DNA from: an uncultured Rhodospirillaceae bacterium
Lineage (GTDB): Bacteria; Pseudomonadota; Alphaproteobacteria; GCA-2731375
NCBI GenBank assembly: GCA_964344935.1
Contig: CAYFPL010000001.1
Location: 1,276,303-1,340,302, forward strand
Direction of reading: 5' to 3'
Length of the DNA: 64,000 nucleotides
Part shown: positions 18,357-28,351 of the stretch, in pieces
Layout: the number at the start of each line of letters is the position of its first letter
Numbering within the stretch: position 1 is the stretch's first letter
Program-made: the position numbers and the translations under genes
Notes under the pieces: model-generated
The model's database searches: none
What the model was told of the DNA's origin: nothing
What the model saw: the letters and a program-made list of their open reading frames with translations, nothing else

Positions 18357-19141
18357 CCGCCAAATCTTGGCTGACGCTTTTCGAGGAAGGCACGCATGCC
18401 TTCGCGGGCATCGTCGGAAAGGATCAATCCGGTTTGCGTTTGGCGCTCGAATGCAAGGGCATCACCCAGGCTGGCGCCCATAGCGCCATAGACTCCCCGC
18501 TTGATCGCCGCCAGGGCCTGCGGCGGTCCGGCAGCCAGGCGTTCGGCGAAGGCGTGGACTTGTTCACCGAAGCCCTCAAGCGGCCAGAGCTGGTTTAGAA
18601 GGCCAAGGCGATAGGCCTCCTCCGCCCCGATGCGGTCGCCGGTCATCATCAGCTCCATGGCTTTGGCTGCGCCCACCAATCGGGTCAGCGTTTCGAAGCC
18701 GCCCCAGTCGGGGACCAAACCGATCTTGACAAAGCTCTCCGAAAACAGGGTCTTCTCGCAGCCCAGGCGTATGTCGCAGGCCAGGGCCAGGTTCATGCCG
18801 CCGCCAGCGGCGGGGCCGTTAACGGCGGCGATTACGGGCTGGGGCAATGTACGCAACAGCCCAACCACCTTTTCCACCGTATCTAGATGGCTTTCCAGAA
18901 CGCTGGCATCGTTATCCTGCTGCCATTGCGCCATGGCCGCGATATCGCCGCCGGCGCAAAAGGCCCGGCCGGCACCGGTGATAACGACACACCGCACACC
19001 TGGGTCATCGGCACAGGCGGTCAGTTTGTCCAAGAGAATATCCCGCATATCCCCAGCCAGGGCGTTCATGGCCTCGGGCCGGTTCAGGGTGATGGTGGCA
19101 ACATGATTACTCACCTCGAACAGCAATTTTTCCACGCTCAT
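18353..19141 (-). CDS. Enoyl-CoA hydratase/isomerase (crotonase) family protein
   Basis: 262 aa with a crotonase-fold signature (VITGAGRAFCAGGDI). RBS GGGGAG. Convergent with pyc, with a 4-bp overlap. Confidence 0.85.
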   Translation of the reverse strand: MSVEKLLFEVSNHVATITLNRPEAMNALAGDMRDILLDKLTACADDPGVRCVVITGAGRAFCAGGDIAAMAQWQQDNDASVLESHLDTVEKVVGLLRTLPQPVIAAVNGPAAGGGMNLALACDIRLGCEKTLFSESFVKIGLVPDWGGFETLTRLVGAAKAMELMMTGDRIGAEEAYRLGLLNQLWPLEGFGEQVHAFAERLAAGPPQALAAIKRGVYGAMGASLGDALAFERQTQTGLILSDDAREGMRAFLEKRQPRFGG

Positions 19142-19281
19142 GGATGTCTCCCCACTCTTGATTTATTGTCCCTTACACAAAATGCGGTCATTGGTCCGGG
19201 CCCTGCACCCGTCGCTTTGACTTGCGGCCCCTGATAGAGATGCCCATCATATAAGCCAAACAACAAGCACGAGGAAACATC

Positions 19282-20997
19282 ATGCTAGATTTGATCATCC
19301 GCAACGCCCGGATCGCAGATGGTCTGGGCAGTCCTTTGATCGAAGGCGATCTGGCGGTCAAGGACGGCCGCGTCACAGATGTGGGCCAGGTCACAGGCGA
19401 CAGTGCAGCCGAGTTCGATGCGAACGGTGACGTCCTTGCCCCCGGCGTGATCGATCTGCATACCCATTACGATGCGCAACTGACCTGGGACCAGACCGCC
19501 TCGCCGGCCGGCGCCCTGGGCGTGACAACGGTGGTTGTGGGAAATTGCGGTTTCGGTATCGCCCCGGCACCGGCCGCCCACCGGGAGGCCATCCTGGCCA
19601 ACCTGGCAGAGGTCGAGGGGATGTCTCTCACATCCCTGAAGGCCGGTGTGGATACGAACTACGAAAGTTTCGGCGACTATCTCGATCTGCTGAAACAAAA
19701 GGGCGTCTATCCCAATGTTGCGGTACTGGCCTCGCACACCGTGTTCCGCACAGTGGTTATGGGCGATGAAAGTTCCGAGCGGGCCGCAACAGACGCGGAG
19801 CTGGCGCAGATTACGGCGCTCTTCCGCGAGGCCATGGATGCGGGCGCCATCGGCCTGGGTTCATCCAGCAATGAGAACCACCGGGGCGCGGGCGGCATCC
19901 CGATCGCCTCGCGGCTGGCCGATGATGATGAATTTCGCAGCCTAGCCGCGGTCATGGCGGACTATGACCACGGCGTCTTCATGGCCACCTTTGGCGAGAA
20001 GCACGGCATTCCCTTCCTCGAGGAATTGACCCGCATAAGCGGGCGGCCCGGCTTCTATGCGCCTATGTTCCATTTCGCTCACCAACCGGACCGCGCCAGC
20101 AATATCATGGCCCAGGCGGAAGATGCCCGGCACCGCGGCCTGCCGGTCTACACCCAGGGCTCCTGCCAGCCCTTGAGCCTAAGTTTCACTCTGGACAAGG
20201 CCTATATCCTGAAAGCCATGGAACACTGGCCGGCCACGGAGGATCATGGCGAATTGCGGCAGATCTTTTCCGATCCCGGCTTCCGCGATGCCTTCCGCCA
20301 GACTTTGAAGTCCGATGACAGCCAGCATGTCTTCAAGGGCCGCTGGGACTGGGTGCCTATCACCATAACCGGGCTGGACAAGAACAAGGATCTGGAAGGA
20401 CGCACCGTGGCGGAGGTCGCCGCCGAACGGGGGGTGGATCCCTTTGATCTGTTCCTGGACCTTGGCCTGGAAGAGGATTTCGCCACCAAATACACCTTCT
20501 ATCTCTTGAATATGGAAGAAGACGGCGTCGCCCCCCTGTTGGTCAACGATGGCACCCTGATTAGTCTGTCAGACGCCGGCGCGCACAATTCGCTATTGTG
20601 CGATGCAGGCTACGCCATGCACTTGTTCGGACATTGGACCCGTGAAAAGGGCCTGTTCGACCTGCCCACAGCCATCCGCAAGGTCACTTCCGACCCGGCG
20701 GATACATACGGCATCATCGACCGGGGACAACTGACGCCAGGGGCCTGGGCCGACATGATCCTGTTCGATCCCGAGACCATCGGGATCACAAAGATGGAAC
20801 GGCATTTCGACCTGCCGGCCGGTGGTGAGAGATTGTTGCGCCGGGCGCCGGGACTGAAGGGCACCTGGGTCAACGGCGTGCAGGTGTTCGACGGCACGCA
20901 TTATCTGGATGTGCCCGCGCCGGGAGAGGTGCTGACGAAGTTTGACAGCGGCCTTCCGACACTTGGCATGGGACCGGCCCAGGCCGCGGCCGAATAG
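19282..20997 (+). CDS. Amidohydrolase of the N-acyl-D-amino-acid deacylase (D-aminoacylase) family
   Basis: N-terminal RNARIADG...APGVIDLHTHYD metal-binding motif typical of D-aminoacylase-type amidohydrolases. RBS GAGGAAA. Confidence 0.8.
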   Translation: MLDLIIRNARIADGLGSPLIEGDLAVKDGRVTDVGQVTGDSAAEFDANGDVLAPGVIDLHTHYDAQLTWDQTASPAGALGVTTVVVGNCGFGIAPAPAAHREAILANLAEVEGMSLTSLKAGVDTNYESFGDYLDLLKQKGVYPNVAVLASHTVFRTVVMGDESSERAATDAELAQITALFREAMDAGAIGLGSSSNENHRGAGGIPIASRLADDDEFRSLAAVMADYDHGVFMATFGEKHGIPFLEELTRISGRPGFYAPMFHFAHQPDRASNIMAQAEDARHRGLPVYTQGSCQPLSLSFTLDKAYILKAMEHWPATEDHGELRQIFSDPGFRDAFRQTLKSDDSQHVFKGRWDWVPITITGLDKNKDLEGRTVAEVAAERGVDPFDLFLDLGLEEDFATKYTFYLLNMEEDGVAPLLVNDGTLISLSDAGAHNSLLCDAGYAMHLFGHWTREKGLFDLPTAIRKVTSDPADTYGIIDRGQLTPGAWADMILFDPETIGITKMERHFDLPAGGERLLRRAPGLKGTWVNGVQVFDGTHYLDVPAPGEVLTKFDSGLPTLGMGPAQAAAE

Positions 20998-21016
20998 ACG
21001 CAAGGACTTACGGCAA

Positions 21017-21886
21017 ATGCTGGCTGGAAAATGGGGCGTCTGGTACGCCCCCAACAGGATGCCCCGGGAAGAGATTACGCGCCTGGCGCAGGAGACCGAG
21101 GCAGGCGGCTATGACACTTTATGGTATCCGGAGGCCATGGCCTATGAGGCAATGGCCATGGGCGGATACCTATTGGGCCGGACGACGAAGCTGAACGTGG
21201 CGACCGGCATCGCCAATATCTATGTGCGCGACCCTTCGGCGGCCATACAGGGTCACAACACCCTGAACAGCCTGCACGATGGACGGTTCATTCTCGGCCT
21301 TGGCGTCTCGCACATTCCCATCGTGGAAGGGGCCCGCGGTCACGCCTATGGCAAACCGGTCACCACCATGCGCGCCTATCTGGCTGCCATGGAAGCAGCG
21401 CCTGTGCAGATAAAGGCGGATAAACGCCAGGTCGTCCTGGCGGCACTTGGGCCGAATATGCTGGCCCTTTCGGCGGAAATGGCGGATGGCGCCCTTCCCT
21501 ATAACGTCACGCCGGAACATACCCAACGGGCGCGGGAAATACTTAGCCCCGGCAAGGCCCTGTGCGTGGAACAAAAGATCTGTCTGACGGACGATGCCGC
21601 CAAAGCCCGCGATGTCGCCGCCGCGCAGCTGCAAATGTATCTGGGCCTACCTAACTACCGAAACTGCTGGCTGAGCCTGGGATTTTCGGAGGATGAACTG
21701 TCAGGCCGGGGCAGCGACCGGTTCCTCGACGCCATGGTCGCCTGGGGCAACGAAGACACCATCCGCGCCCGGCTGCAGGAACATTTCGATGCCGGCGCCG
21801 ATCACGTGGCTATCCAGCCCTTCGACCCCGACGGCGGCAACTCGCCCGATTGGAAGGCCCTGGCCACGTTCGCGCCGGGCGGCTAA
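21017..21886 (+). CDS. LLM-class (luciferase-like) flavin/F420-dependent oxidoreductase
   Basis: Luciferase-like monooxygenase family similarity. Start ATG 21017 chosen; the track ORF begins earlier, at 20942, and would overlap the upstream gene by 56 nt. Confidence 0.7.
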   Translation: MLAGKWGVWYAPNRMPREEITRLAQETEAGGYDTLWYPEAMAYEAMAMGGYLLGRTTKLNVATGIANIYVRDPSAAIQGHNTLNSLHDGRFILGLGVSHIPIVEGARGHAYGKPVTTMRAYLAAMEAAPVQIKADKRQVVLAALGPNMLALSAEMADGALPYNVTPEHTQRAREILSPGKALCVEQKICLTDDAAKARDVAAAQLQMYLGLPNYRNCWLSLGFSEDELSGRGSDRFLDAMVAWGNEDTIRARLQEHFDAGADHVAIQPFDPDGGNSPDWKALATFAPGG

Positions 21887-21920
21887 TAATAGCCAATCTG
21901 AAAATCAGGGAGAGACCGCC

Positions 21921-22238
21921 ATGAGCGTTGTAAGTGTCGTCGCTGTCATAACCACCAAACCGGGCAAGCGTGACGAGGTCCTGGCCGCGTTCCGAAACAA
22001 CCTTGCCGCCGTACGGGCCGAGGACGGCTGCATCGAATATGCCCCTCATATCGATACGGAAGGCATGGGCAGTTTTCAGACCGAATTCGGTCCCGACACA
22101 TTTGTTGTCATCGAGAAGTGGGAAAGCAAGGAAGCACTGGGCGCCCATGCCGTGGCACCGCACATGAAGGCCTACGCGGAAAAAGTGGGCGATCTTTTGG
22201 AAAGCCGCGTTATCCACATTCTTTCGTCCGCCGAATAG
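21921..22238 (+). CDS. Antibiotic-biosynthesis-monooxygenase (ABM) domain protein / putative quinol monooxygenase
   Basis: 105-aa ferredoxin-like ABM fold (VVAVITTKPGKRDEV...VVIEKWESKEALGAH). RBS AGGGAGAG. Lies 10 nt upstream of pcaH. Confidence 0.7.
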   Translation: MSVVSVVAVITTKPGKRDEVLAAFRNNLAAVRAEDGCIEYAPHIDTEGMGSFQTEFGPDTFVVIEKWESKEALGAHAVAPHMKAYAEKVGDLLESRVIHILSSAE

Positions 22239-22248
22239 GCGCAGTGCC

Positions 22249-22956
22249 ATGGCTGAGCCCGGGAATTACGCACCACGGGATTGGCAGAGCCATCCCCCCT
22301 ATCTCGCACCGGAGTACAAATCAACGCCGCTGCGGGCACCGACCAAGCCCCTGGTGATCCTGCCCCAGAACCTGTCTGAACTAACCGGGCCGGTCTATGG
22401 CCAGGACGCGGTCGGACCGCTGGATCACGACCTGACCAAGTCGGCCGCGAAGAACGGTGAACCAAATGGCGAGCGCATTATCGTAGCGGGCAAGATGACG
22501 GACGAAGACGGGCGCCCGGTGCCCAATATCCTGCTCGAGGTTTGGCAGCCGAACGCGGCGGGACGTTACAACCATGCCGACGACCAGCACGATGCCCCCA
22601 TCGATCCGAACTTCCTGGGCGCGGGCCGCTGTGTGACCGATGACGAGGGCCGATATCGTTTCATCACCATCAAGCCGGGCGCCTATCCTTGGGGCAATCA
22701 CTTCAACGCCTGGCGGCCCAACCATATCCATTTTTCCCTGTTCGGCCCTTCGATCCTGACTAGGTTGATCACCCAGATGTATTTCCCCGGCGATCCGCTG
22801 CTGGAGCTGGATCCCATCTTCAATGCCACGCCGGCCGCCACCCGTGACCTGTTGGTTTCGAAGTTGTCCATTGAGCTGTCCGAGCCGGAATGGGCGCTGG
22901 GTTATGAATTCAACATCTGTCTGCGCGGCCGCGTCGCCACGCCCATGGAGACGTGA
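22249..22956 (+). CDS. pcaH: Protocatechuate 3,4-dioxygenase beta subunit
   Basis: Strong PcaH signatures (ERIIVAGKMTDEDGRPVPN, AWRPNHIHFSLFGPS, QMYFPGDPL). Confidence 0.9.
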   Translation: MAEPGNYAPRDWQSHPPYLAPEYKSTPLRAPTKPLVILPQNLSELTGPVYGQDAVGPLDHDLTKSAAKNGEPNGERIIVAGKMTDEDGRPVPNILLEVWQPNAAGRYNHADDQHDAPIDPNFLGAGRCVTDDEGRYRFITIKPGAYPWGNHFNAWRPNHIHFSLFGPSILTRLITQMYFPGDPLLELDPIFNATPAATRDLLVSKLSIELSEPEWALGYEFNICLRGRVATPMET

Positions 22957-22958
22957 GC

Positions 22959-23534
22959 ATGGCGCCGAAACAGACCCCCTCGCAGACGGTGGGCCCATAC
23001 TTCGCCTATGGCCTGACGCCAGAGCAATACGGCTACGACTACAAACAGCTCGCCGGCAACAGCCTGAGGGAGGACGGCGCCGAGCCGATCATCATCCGGG
23101 GCCAGGTATTCGATGGCAATGGCGATACCGTGCGGGACGCTGTGTTGGAACTGTGGCAGGCCGACAGCCAGGGCCGCTACGCCCATCCCGCCGACCAAAG
23201 GAGCACCAACACCGGTTTTGGCGGTTTCGCCCGGGTCGGAACCGGAACCCGGGATGGCAATTTCTACGAGTTCGAGACGGTCAAGCCGGGCGCCATCGGC
23301 GACGGCCAGGCGCCCCATATCACCGTGGTCCTGTTCATGCGGGGTTTGTTGAACCACGTCTATACCCGCATCTACTTTTCTGACGAAGCAGCAGCCAACA
23401 GCGACGACCCTGTCCTGAACCTGGTTGATGAAGACCGCCGCGGCAGCCTGATCGCCCATCGAGAAGACGGCAATACCTACCGTTTCGACATCCACATGCA
23501 GGGTGACAGGGAAACCGTGTTTTTCGACGCCTGA
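22959..23534 (+). CDS. pcaG: Protocatechuate 3,4-dioxygenase alpha subunit
   Basis: PcaG-like (TPSQTVGPYF, APHITVVLFMRGL, ends ETVFFDA). Start 3 nt after the pcaH stop. Confidence 0.9.
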   Translation: MAPKQTPSQTVGPYFAYGLTPEQYGYDYKQLAGNSLREDGAEPIIIRGQVFDGNGDTVRDAVLELWQADSQGRYAHPADQRSTNTGFGGFARVGTGTRDGNFYEFETVKPGAIGDGQAPHITVVLFMRGLLNHVYTRIYFSDEAAANSDDPVLNLVDEDRRGSLIAHREDGNTYRFDIHMQGDRETVFFDA

Positions 23535-23539
23535 GGCCG

Positions 23540-24829
23540 ATGATACTGGATGCTTACCTGCAGGACCCTGATACGGAGGCTTTGATCTCCGATGCGGCAC
23601 TTGTGGCCGCCATGCTGGAGGTGGAAGCGTCCCTGGCCCGCGTACAGGGTCGCCTGGGCATCATTCCGGCGGAGGCTGCGGATCGCATCGTCGAAACGGC
23701 CACCAGCCTGGACGTAGATATCCCCGCATTGGGCCTGGCCACGGTCAAGGACGGCGTCCCCATAACGGACTTTGTCGCACAATTGCGTGCTGGTGTGGGC
23801 GAGGCTCATGGCGGCTATGTGCATTGGGGCGCCACCTCCCAGGACATTGTCGACACCGCCTTGGTTCTGCTGTTTCGGGTCGCTTTGGACCTGCTTGCGG
23901 GCCGTCTCGACGAACTGATCGGGGTCTGGGGCGAATTGGCCGACCGCCACCGCGCCACCGTCATGGCCGCCCGCACCCGCAACCAACAGGCCGTACCCAC
24001 CACATTTGGCCTGAAGGCAGCGGGCTGGATTGCGCCTCTGTTGCGGCATAGACGCCGCTTGGAAGCCCTTCAGAAGGATGGCCTGATGCTGCAGTTCGGC
24101 GGCGCCGGCGGCACCCTGGCGGCATTGGGTGACCGGGGCCCGGCCGTTGTGGAGGCCCTGGCCGCTGAACTGGAGCTGCCGTTCCCCATCATGCCCTGGC
24201 ACAATCAGCGCGACGGCTTTATGGACCTGGCCAACTGGCTATCCATGACCAGTGGCAGCTTGGGCAAGGCAGCGGATGATATCCTGCGAATGGCGCAGTC
24301 GGAGGTGGGCGAGGTCCGCATCGAAGGCGCAGGCGGTTCCTCCACCATGCCGCAAAAGGCCAACCCGGTTCTGGCGGAGGCCGTGGTCGCACTGTCCCGC
24401 CACAATGTGGGGCTGGCTGCCAATATGCAGCACGCCGCCTTACATGCTCACGAACGGGATGGCGTAGCCTGGACCATGGAATGGCTGGCCCTGCCGCAAA
24501 TGGTCCGCACCAGCGCCGCCGCTTTGCGCCATTCCCTGGATATCGCCCGCAACCTGCATGTGGACGCGGAGCGTATGCAGTCAAACTGCGGCCCGTCCTT
24601 GCTGGCGGAGGCCGCCGTCTTCGCCTTGAGCGAACACATGACGAAAGCAGAGGCCCAGGCATTGGTGAAAGCGGCCTTGACGGAGGCAACAGGGACGCGG
24701 GATATGTTCCAAATCCTGGCCGGCCGCACCACGGCACCGGTTGATTGGGAGAAACTGCGCGACCCAAGAACTTATCTCGGCGCCGCGGACGTCTTCATCG
24801 ACAGAATCTTGGAGGAGATCAAATCATGA
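23540..24829 (+). CDS. pcaB: 3-carboxy-cis,cis-muconate cycloisomerase (fumarate-lyase superfamily)
   Basis: Class II fumarase/aspartase family signature GSSTMPQKANP. Size and position directly after pcaHG fit PcaB. Confidence 0.85.
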   Translation: MILDAYLQDPDTEALISDAALVAAMLEVEASLARVQGRLGIIPAEAADRIVETATSLDVDIPALGLATVKDGVPITDFVAQLRAGVGEAHGGYVHWGATSQDIVDTALVLLFRVALDLLAGRLDELIGVWGELADRHRATVMAARTRNQQAVPTTFGLKAAGWIAPLLRHRRRLEALQKDGLMLQFGGAGGTLAALGDRGPAVVEALAAELELPFPIMPWHNQRDGFMDLANWLSMTSGSLGKAADDILRMAQSEVGEVRIEGAGGSSTMPQKANPVLAEAVVALSRHNVGLAANMQHAALHAHERDGVAWTMEWLALPQMVRTSAAALRHSLDIARNLHVDAERMQSNCGPSLLAEAAVFALSEHMTKAEAQALVKAALTEATGTRDMFQILAGRTTAPVDWEKLRDPRTYLGAADVFIDRILEEIKS

Positions 24830-25764
24830 GCATGCGGCTTGGATACCTGCTGCCCACCCGCGAACGGGTCATGCGTGGCCAGCCGGAGGCGGCACCGATC
24901 TTGGATCTGGCCAGCCGGGCAGAAGATCTGGGCTTCGATTCCGTCTGGATCGGCGACTCCGTCCTGGCCCGGCCCCGCCACGACCCCATCACCATGCTCG
25001 CGGCCATCGCAGCGCGGACCAACAAAGTGGAACTGGGCACGGCAGTACTGTTGCCTGCGCTGCGCAATCCCGTCCTGCTGGCGCATCAGTTTGCCACCCT
25101 CGACCAGATCAGCCAGGGCCGGGTGATCCTGGGCGTGGGCATCGCGGGTGATGTGCCGAATATCAGGGCCGAGTTCGCGTCCGTCGGGGTGCCGTTCGAA
25201 AAACGGGTGGGACGCATGATGGAAGGCCTGCGCCTGGCCAAGGCACTTTGGCGCGGGGAGCCGGTTGACTGGGACGGTCGCTGGCCGGTGCAACAGGGCG
25301 TGCTGGCGCCCACACCGCATCGTCCCGGCGGTCCACCCATTTGGGGCGGCGGTTCCGCACCGGCTGGCTTGATCCGTGCCGGCAAGAATTTCGACGGCTG
25401 GTTCCCCACCGGCCCCGATGCCGCTGGCTGGGCCGAGCAATGGCAAACAGTCAAGGATGCGGCCAGGGACGCAGGCCGCAATCCAGCGGACCTGACAGGC
25501 GCCCTGTATCTGACCATGGTCATCGATGACGACGCCGCAAAGGCGCAAGACCAGATTAATACCTACCTGGAAGAATATTATGGGGTCGCTGCCTCGGTTC
25601 TGACCAAGTGGCAGGCCTGTTTCGCCGGCCCAGCGGAGGCCGCTGCCGAATGGCTGAAGGGTTATGCCGATGCCGGCGCCAGCCACCTGGTGCTGCGCTT
25701 CGCGGGCGACAACGAACGGCACATGGATATTATCGCCGGCGTCCGCGAGAGCCTCGGTTGGTAA
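24826..25764 (+). CDS. LLM-class flavin-dependent oxidoreductase (luciferase-like)
   Basis: Luciferase-like family similarity. ATG 24826 overlaps the pcaB stop (ATGA). GGAGGAG RBS. Confidence 0.8.
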   Translation: MSMRLGYLLPTRERVMRGQPEAAPILDLASRAEDLGFDSVWIGDSVLARPRHDPITMLAAIAARTNKVELGTAVLLPALRNPVLLAHQFATLDQISQGRVILGVGIAGDVPNIRAEFASVGVPFEKRVGRMMEGLRLAKALWRGEPVDWDGRWPVQQGVLAPTPHRPGGPPIWGGGSAPAGLIRAGKNFDGWFPTGPDAAGWAEQWQTVKDAARDAGRNPADLTGALYLTMVIDDDAAKAQDQINTYLEEYYGVAASVLTKWQACFAGPAEAAAEWLKGYADAGASHLVLRFAGDNERHMDIIAGVRESLGW

Positions 25765-26151
25765 CTATTTGACGCCTTTCCAATAAGTATCCTTACGGTA
25801 AATCCGGCCGTCGCGGACCGGGTAAACGTCAACCACGTTAAGGTGATAATCCTTGCCGTTCTCGTCGGTGCCCTTTGTAGTGAACATCTGCAGGATCACA
25901 TCCCCTGCGGGACGCTCCACCATGTTCTCATAGCTGACATTGGTCCAATTAGCCTGGCGCCAGGCGATCTCTTCCATCACCGCGTCGATGCCTTTCAACA
26001 CTTTCCCGGTGGGACTGTCGCTGCCAGGCTCGCCATAGTGCATGTGCCATTCGAAATCATCGGTGGTGGCAGCGGCCAAACCTTCGCGGTCGGCCTTGGC
26101 ATAGGCCCGCCGAAACTGCTTCATCAGGTCCAGCATCTCTTCATTGTTCAT
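25765..26151 (-). CDS. NTF2-like / SnoaL-like small protein
   Basis: 128-aa ketosteroid-isomerase-like fold protein. Overlaps the puuE stop by 4 nt. It is the last gene of the purine-catabolism operon. Confidence 0.6.
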   Translation of the reverse strand: MNNEEMLDLMKQFRRAYAKADREGLAAATTDDFEWHMHYGEPGSDSPTGKVLKGIDAVMEEIAWRQANWTNVSYENMVERPAGDVILQMFTTKGTDENGKDYHLNVVDVYPVRDGRIYRKDTYWKGVK

Positions 26152-27065
26152 TTTTCAACTCCTTTCGCTGGATGATGGCTTCGCCAATGACGGGCGATAT
26201 CGATGCGCCGTGCGAACCATACGCCGTCATGGGCTTGAGCGTGGTCGATGAACCGGGCCAAGGCGGCGATACGGCCAGGCCGCCCCACCAGGCGGCAATG
26301 CAGGCCAACTGACATCATGCGCGGCGTCCTTTCGCCTTCGGCCAGCAAGACGTCAAATGCATCCCGCAAATAATTGAAGAACTGATCGCCCGCGTTGAAG
26401 CCCTGGGGCGTGGCGAAGCGCATGTCGTTGGCATCCAGGGTATATGGCACCACCAAGTGGTCCCTGTCGCCGACCTTGGTCCAGAACGGCAGATCGTCGC
26501 TGTAATCGTCGGCGTCATAGAGGAAGCCGCCTTCTTCCGCTACCAAGGCCCGGGTATTTTCGCTGGTGCGACCCGTATACCAGCCCAGGGGCCGCTCGCC
26601 CGTCAGGCCCTTGATGATCTCAATGGCTTTGTGAAGGTGTTCGCGCTCCAAATCCAGGGGTACATCACGATAATCGATCCAACGGTAGCCGTGGCTGCAG
26701 ATCTCGTGTCCTTTGGCCATCGCGGCCTCCGCCACCGCCGGATTGCGGGCTAAAGCCATCGCAACGGCAAAGATCGTCAATGGCACTTCGCGGCTGTTGA
26801 ATAGATCCAACAGGCGCCATATCCCCACCCGGCTGCCGTACTCGTAAATGCTTTCCATATTCATATGGCGCTGCCCCGCCCAGGGCTGCGCGCCAACGAT
26901 TTCGGAGAGGAAGGCTTCCGAGGCCGCGTCGCCATGCAGAATGTTGTTTTCACCACCCTCTTCGTAGTTGATCACAAACTGCACCGCCAGTTTGGCACCG
27001 TCGGGCCAGTCAGCCTGCGGCGGCGTGGGGCCATAGCCGACCATATCCCTGGGATAATCACTCAT
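26148..27065 (-). CDS. puuE: Allantoinase, polysaccharide-deacetylase type
   Basis: 305 aa polysaccharide-deacetylase family with PuuE-like features (HGYRWIDY). Sits inside the purine-catabolic operon. ATGA overlap with guaD. Confidence 0.8.
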   Translation of the reverse strand: MSDYPRDMVGYGPTPPQADWPDGAKLAVQFVINYEEGGENNILHGDAASEAFLSEIVGAQPWAGQRHMNMESIYEYGSRVGIWRLLDLFNSREVPLTIFAVAMALARNPAVAEAAMAKGHEICSHGYRWIDYRDVPLDLEREHLHKAIEIIKGLTGERPLGWYTGRTSENTRALVAEEGGFLYDADDYSDDLPFWTKVGDRDHLVVPYTLDANDMRFATPQGFNAGDQFFNYLRDAFDVLLAEGERTPRMMSVGLHCRLVGRPGRIAALARFIDHAQAHDGVWFARRIDIARHWRSHHPAKGVEK

Positions 27066-28351
27066 TGCCTCTCCCCTTTGATATAGACGGCGCCGACGGC
27101 CCGGTCGTCGCCCAACATCATTAGAGCGAACAGGGTATCCTCAAGAGTCTCGGACAACTCGTTGCGGGCCGCCAGAACCTCCGTCGCCTCCGGGTCCAGA
27201 ACCACGATGTCGCCAAAGGCGCCGGACTGCAGCGTCCCGATCTCGCCCTCAAGGCCCAGTGCCCTGGCATTCCCAAGCGTGGCCAAGTAGAAGCCATCGA
27301 AGGCGGTCAGTTTGCGCCCTTTCAACATAGCCACCTTGTAGGCTTCGCCTAGGGTTTGCAGCATGGAATAGCTTGTACCCCCTGCGACATCCGTCGCCAC
27401 ACCCACTTTCACCGGCCGTTCCGGCGCGCGCAGGTGGCCAATGTCAAACAGTCCGGAGCCGAGGAAATTGTTCGAGGTCGGGCAATGCACCACCGATGCG
27501 CCGGCATCGTGCAGGGCCTGGCATTCCCGCTCGGAAAGGTGGATGCCATGGGCGAAGACCGAGCAAGGGCCCAGAAGGCCGAAACGGTCGTATACGTCCG
27601 CATAGTCCTGCGACCAGGGAAACTGTCGCCTAACGAATTCGATTTCGCCGGCGCTTTCGGAAATGTGCGTATGCATCAAACAATCCGGATGGGCACGGTA
27701 CAATTCGCCGGCCTTTTGCATCTGCTCTTCCGTAGAGGTAACGGCGAAACGCACTGTAATTGCATAACGCAGACGGTCAGTGCCGTGCCATTTGCCGATC
27801 AGGTCGGCGCTATCCATCGCACTGCTCTCCGCCGTATCTAGGACGGCCTCCGGGGCATTGCGGTCCATCATGGTCTTGCCGGTGATCAGGGCCATGCCGC
27901 GTTTCTGCGCCGCCTGGAACAGACAATCGGCGGCCCCCTTGTGGACCGAGGAAAACGCCAGGGCGGAAGTGGTGCCGTGCGCGACCAACTTGTCCAGAAA
28001 CGGTTCCGCTGCGGCGGTGGCGAAGGCTTCGTCGCCATATTGCGCCTCTTCGTGGAAAGCGAAGCGGTTGAGCCATTCCAGCAGGTCCTTGGCCGGCGCG
28101 GCGATCATACGGTGCTGCGGGAAATGTACATGGGCATCGATGAAGCCCGGCATGACGATCTTTCTGGAATGGTCATGCACCTTGATCCCGGTATGATCCG
28201 CGGGCAGTTCTGCAAACGCGCCCGACCAGGCGATGCGGCCCCCTTCCCCGATGACCACGGCACCGTCATCGTGGGTGATGATGCCGCCCCCAAGGCGCGG
28301 GTCGTCCGCGAAACTGAGGGTGCGGCCGCGGATTACGCATGAATTGGTCAT
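27062..28351 (-). CDS. guaD: Guanine deaminase (amidohydrolase superfamily)
   Basis: PGFIDAHVHFPQ metal-binding motif with guanine-deaminase-like length and context. Start at ATG 28351 (MTNSCVIRG). Confidence 0.8.
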   Translation of the reverse strand: MTNSCVIRGRTLSFADDPRLGGGIITHDDGAVVIGEGGRIAWSGAFAELPADHTGIKVHDHSRKIVMPGFIDAHVHFPQHRMIAAPAKDLLEWLNRFAFHEEAQYGDEAFATAAAEPFLDKLVAHGTTSALAFSSVHKGAADCLFQAAQKRGMALITGKTMMDRNAPEAVLDTAESSAMDSADLIGKWHGTDRLRYAITVRFAVTSTEEQMQKAGELYRAHPDCLMHTHISESAGEIEFVRRQFPWSQDYADVYDRFGLLGPCSVFAHGIHLSERECQALHDAGASVVHCPTSNNFLGSGLFDIGHLRAPERPVKVGVATDVAGGTSYSMLQTLGEAYKVAMLKGRKLTAFDGFYLATLGNARALGLEGEIGTLQSGAFGDIVVLDPEATEVLAARNELSETLEDTLFALMMLGDDRAVGAVYIKGERQ

